The position numbers were made by a program, and so were the translations under genes. A stretch of 63,255 bases of DNA, counting the filler, from Collodictyon triciliatum (lineage: Eukaryota): assembly GCA_043381765.1 (NCBI GenBank). It is 4 parts of 4 records of this genome, joined end to end, with 100 filler letters (N's around TTAATTAATTAA, not from the genome) between each part and the next. Parts side by side here need not be neighbours in the genome. Positions count along the whole stretch, not along the records: positions 58,166 to 63,255 come from JBHJMP010000431.1; 3 more parts are not named here. One strand, written 5' to 3'. Below the pieces are notes generated by a model that saw nothing but the letters and a program-made list of their open reading frames with translations, made no database searches and had not been told where the DNA came from. Shown here piece after piece: positions 58,351 to 63,255 of the stretch; position 1 is the stretch's first letter; each line of letters begins with the position of its first letter.

Positions 58351-61300
58351 ATGGCCTCTCGACTCGCAGACTTGGAGGAGCTGCAGAAAATCACACAGGA
58401 CAGCAACACCATTACCCTACAAAACCGCACAAAGTTAGATCTCAAGAAAAAATCGCTCTCCACCGTCCCTCGTGGAGTCTTTGAGCTCAGCGCTTTGCTC
58501 GAGTTGTACATCTATGAAAACACTTTGTCCTTACTTCCGCCAGATATCTCACTCTTGACGGCGCTATCTTACCTGCACATGAGCTGGAACGAGCTGTCCA
58601 GCTTGCCCCCGGAAATAGCTCACTTGATAAATCTCAAAGAGCTTTATGTTGACGGCAACAAACTCTCTTCACTGCCACCAGAAATATCGCGCTTCTCCAA
58701 TCTCCGTCAGCTCCACATCAATAACAACAAGCTATCATCGCTACCACCAGAAATATCCTGCTTGATTCGCCTAACATATCTTAGCATCTATGAAAACATG
58801 GTATAAATATACTTCTTCGTTATATAAACAGATGATCTTTTCATTCAAGCCACACAAAAATAATAACGATAGACTTTGTAGTTGGAAGAACTCCCGCCAC
58901 AAATCACCGCACTTTCAGAGTTGAGGGATCTTTGGATAAAATACTCCTCCTCTAAAATTATCACAGGAGCCCCTCGTGGAATCACACGCCTTCCTTGCTG
59001 GTCAAACACAAACAACGCCGACTATCATTATATACGTAACCTGACATTTTACGAAGTTCTGGTAGAGTTTTTCTTCTGTCCCAAAGGCATATAATTTATT
59101 TCCCAAACAATCATTAAGCTTTTTCATCTCTAAAATAAAATAAAAATAAAGGATCAAGGAACGCTACACACAGGCTGGGCACCGAACAAAAAGCAAATCC
59201 TTTATGAGTCTCTTAGCTTTCATGGGATGGGCATTTCCAGACTACCAACTAATTTGACCCGTTTGACTTGTCTGAAATATCTCAACATTAGCCACAACAA
59301 GGTATTCCAACATCATACTCAAAATCTACAAATAACAATAATATTAATATTAAATCGGAGGGTCAAAGCCGTTTTAAAAATAGGATAATTAAAAAGAAAA
59401 AATGACCATTTCACATATTTACCGACACAACTATATCGCTAAAGTTCAGTCCACTCTCTTGGCATATCTATGAACAAGGCTTTTATGAACAATGTGACAA
59501 TGTTATCAAAATGCCTGCTTATTCGAGTGATTAGCCCGAAAACAGCTCACATGAATTTTTTTTTTTTTTTTTTTTAAAATAAAAATAAATTATTCCTTTC
59601 CTTTCTTTTTTTTTTTTAATTTTTTTAATTATAAAACTTTATTTTNNNNNNNNNNNNNNNNNNNNNNNNNNNNNNNNNNNNNNNNNNNNNNNNNNNNNNN
59701 NNNNNNNNNNNNNNNNNNNNNNNNNNNNNNNNNNNNNNNNNNNNNTTATTTATATTTCTTCTTTTTTTATTTATTAACAAAAAAAAAAAAAACATAAATT
59801 TTTTTTTTTTTTTTTTTTTTTTTTACAATCAAACATAGATCATACCGTACCCTCCGTGGCTCGGTAGCATGACTTCAATTACAAAGCTGAATGTCTCACG
59901 ATGCGAGGTAAACTCTCTTCTCTTAACTCCTACTACAAGCCAAAAAAAAAAATTAGAAAATTATCTCATTCCTCCCCATTTATATTATTTTTTCATGTAT
60001 TATTTGGAATCGAGAAATGGTGATATTGGTCTCTAATGTTCATTTAGTTTAATGAAAAAGATATTTATTTCCCTCATCGTAAACAAAGTAAAGAATTTTC
60101 AACACATCTCGTATGTGAAATAAAAGAAGAAAAATCAAAGAAAAAGTAATATTCTAACGTCGTGGAAAAAAAACAATAGCTAAGCAGAATACCAGATGTA
60201 ATTGCAAACTTGAAAAATCTTGAAGTGTTGGATTTTTCATACAATAAGGTGGATTTTTTTTTTGTTATAAACTCATAAAATTTCTTCTTTTTTAAAATAA
60301 TAAAACCTATTAGTTCCCATATTAATCCACTTTCATTCATATGCATTGTTTGAATATACGCAAGATACAAGAGATACCATCATTCCTTTCAAGTATGAAG
60401 AGTTTGAGAATCGGACTCTATTTTGAGGGAAACCCCATCCTGAATGTCCCAGCAAATGTGCTTCAGAGAGGCTCAGGAGGTGTATTCGACTACGTTGTAT
60501 CTTTTAGTGAAATGATTCTTAACAAGGAAGGGCGCATTCTATTGCTTGGTGAAGGTGAAGCAGGGAAAACGACGCTACGAATGTCCTTGAAGCAGAGTAA
60601 ACCCGAATCATCACAGAAATTCTCTTCAACAGTAGACCCTGCGCAGAAAAGAACTGACGGTATTGAGATTGAGGAGCAAATTATCCATTTAAATTACAGA
60701 GAGCCCTTTATCGATGCCAAGCTATGGGATTTTGGCGGTCAAGACATTTTTCATGCAACACATTCATTTTTCTTGTCTGGTAATGCATTAACATTGATAA
60801 TCTACAAGATGACTGAGCAGCCACATCTAGAAAGTGTGTCCCAATGGCTCAACATGATTTCATGCTTCTGTTCACAAGCTAGTGTGGTAATTGTGGGTAC
60901 ACACCTGGATAAGTTTACAACCCTGGAAGAGAAAAGCCGTGTATCCACTAACTGTAGGATTGCTTACCAAAAAATGAAAGCCTCGAATTACTTCAGATCT
61001 AAAATAATGTTTTGTGGGCACTTCGTGACAAGTAACAAAACAGGGGAGGGGATATTTGAACTCAAAGAACACATTTACCATGAGTTGGTGAAATTGCCCA
61101 ATGTTGGGAAGCAAATACCAAAAAAATACAACCAGCTGAAGGATATATTGATGAATTGGAGACAAAGTCATCTATCAGTCTCCGTTGATGATGCACTCGA
61201 CGCTGGCAAAAAATTCCAACTTGAAACTGAATCTGGGAAATCAGCTCTCCGATTCCTTTCGGATCTCGGCATCATAGTCTGGAATGAAAAGGGAGAAAAA

Positions 61301-63143
61301 ATCGCCGACACAGTTTTCCTCCAGCCAGAAATGCTAATATCTTGTTTCCGTGAGGTTTTTAACCTCGAAGTTGTCACGAACACTCAATCCACTATAACGG
61401 CTGACAAACCTACAATCAGAGGCGTTTATGAAGAAAAGGAACTAGAGAAAGCGTTGGTGAAGTGTATTTCATCAAAATTTTTATCAATACTACCTTCATC
61501 GATGCCATTATGCACGAAGAAAGTGATGAAGCTTTTTTGTGATTATAAACTTGCATATTATATTGGAAAGACAAGAATAATATTTCCAATTCTTGTTGAT
61601 GATGAAGAACCTTACGGTATATGGGTTTCAGATTTTGTGAAAGTAAAGGAAGCTGTTCATTATATGATTGAATATGCCCATGAAATTCCCAAAAATGATG
61701 TTAGCCACATAATTAGTGATATTGTAGCAAAGCTGAGTAGCTCCTCTAAAATATTGCCAAAGGGGTTATTTCTTAGCAAGCAACGTATGATATTTCCGTT
61801 TTCGTTGATTGATATCCCTGAACGTGCGATGGTGATGAGCGAAAAAAGCGATTATGTCGCATTTATACATTTTGTCTCCAAATTATCTCCTCAGGTATGT
61901 TTGATAAATAAACATAAGGCTTATTAAACTTATTACTGACCACTCAAAATACCCTATATTAAAAAAAATCACGCATAGGAAAATACACATCAACTCAAAG
62001 ATGTTAAATTGCCGAGAACACAAAAAATCATCATAATAGTGAAAACTGTAAATGAAAACGGATGTACACTAAAAGCTTTGGAATACATCGCAGATAAAAT
62101 GATTAAATCTAAGATCAAGACTAGAATTCAGAATGAAGGAATCATGTGCCCAAAGTGCATCGAGGCTTACCAAGAAAAAAACAGAGTAGTTGAATATAGA
62201 TTCTTACTTTGGCCAGAATTCACAGGTACTATTGAGCCAGGTCTCTTAACTGTCAAAACGGAAGCAGGAACACCGCACAAAAGCCACATTTTACCCTCTA
62301 TTCTTGAAAGATGGAGTCCATTTCATTTAAGTGTTCGATGCAACAAAATTAAATCAGTACATGAGATTAAACAGGCTGAATATATGGGATTGAGACTTCC
62401 TACCAATACTCTACGTTTGCATTATGCTGGGACAAAACATTCGAATGATAATAAGATTGAGCAAGGAACGAAAGAGATTAGGATTTTTATTGCATCAACA
62501 TTCCAGGATATGAAAAAAGTTCGGGAAAGCTTTTGCAGATTTGCACAGCCTTGGTAAATAAAATCATTGGGAAAAATCTGTCGTATATACTTAATTTTGA
62601 AATTGATATATAACACGCATAATAAAAATAGCTTCATATTAGCATCATAAGTGCGGCCCAGAAGCGAAGAATTACTGTCAGATTTATCGATTTGAGATGG
62701 GGTGTTTTATCTAAGGAGGCAGAGAATGGAGATGTATCATCTGTTTATTTCAATTTATTTTTGCATACCACACAAATATAAAGAGGCATAACCTACATCT
62801 CATTTAATGAAAAAGTCCAATATACTTACATTTATCCATCTATTCAATTTATAAATTATATAATAATTATTGAATCTTACAACAGACAACTCTCCAGTGT
62901 TTGCAAGGAGTCCGAAGTTCAAAGTACTTTGTCTGTTTCCTGGGTTCGAGGTTTGAAAGAGTTCTTTTTCGACATAAAATATAATAATTTTTGTGGCTCT
63001 TTTAAACAATCTCGTGTGCATCAAATTATAGGTACGGATGGGTCCCTGATAGGAATAATTCTAATGAATGGAATAAGAGTCTAGAGAATGGCGATTTCGG
63101 TTGGGTGAAAGGGTATCGAGAAGCTAGTGTCACGGAGCTCGAG
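58351..63143 (+). CDS. Roco protein: LRR - ROC GTPase - COR - DUF4062; continues beyond the window
   Basis: 23-aa LRRs (LSSLPPEI..L..L..L.L..N). ROC motifs GEGEAGKTT, RTDGIEI, WDFGGQ..F...H.FF, VGTHLD, SNKTGEGI. COR motifs IPKKY..L, ALRFLSDLG, VFLQP. DUF4062 motifs RIFIASTFQDM, RFIDLRWGV, FVCFLGSR|YGWVP, SVTELE. Confidence 0.92.
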
Positions 63144-63255
63144 GTAACAATTATACCAAAACAAAATAATTACTGCGCTTTTTTTTTTTTTTTTTTTTTA
63201 TAAAAATTTTTTATTTTTTTTTTTTTTTTTTTTTTATTATTTTTTTGTTGTTTTT

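Overview
Gene-dense, intron-rich, AT-rich eukaryotic (protist-like) genomic scaffold in the standard genetic code, with many microsatellites, N gaps and three artificial TTAATTAATTAA contig linkers. I reconstructed by eye 12 spliced host genes: a secreted bacterial-type alpha/beta hydrolase, HAUS3, a GDPD, TRAPPC4, a DET1/PGM-like histidine phosphatase, NDUFA9, FDXR, a large Cys-rich multi-TM receptor-like protein, a GAF-GAF cyclic nucleotide PDE, a theta-class GST, an ATP-grasp-like/C2-like unknown protein and an LRR-ROC-COR-DUF4062 Roco protein that runs off the window. The highlight is an intronless, frameshifted Fanzor1 (TnpB-family RNA-guided nuclease) at ~17.55-19.42 kb. It keeps the RuvC D-E-D residues and the Zn ribbon. 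It is followed by a four-hairpin omegaRNA candidate whose loop can pair with the element's terminal CTAG (pseudoknot), and that terminus also looks like a Helitron 3' end. Several intergenic GC-richer islands look like heavily decayed retroelement, OTU-like or RING-like remnants (low confidence). All protein assignments come from motif recognition, not database searches, and exon boundaries were read manually and are approximate.
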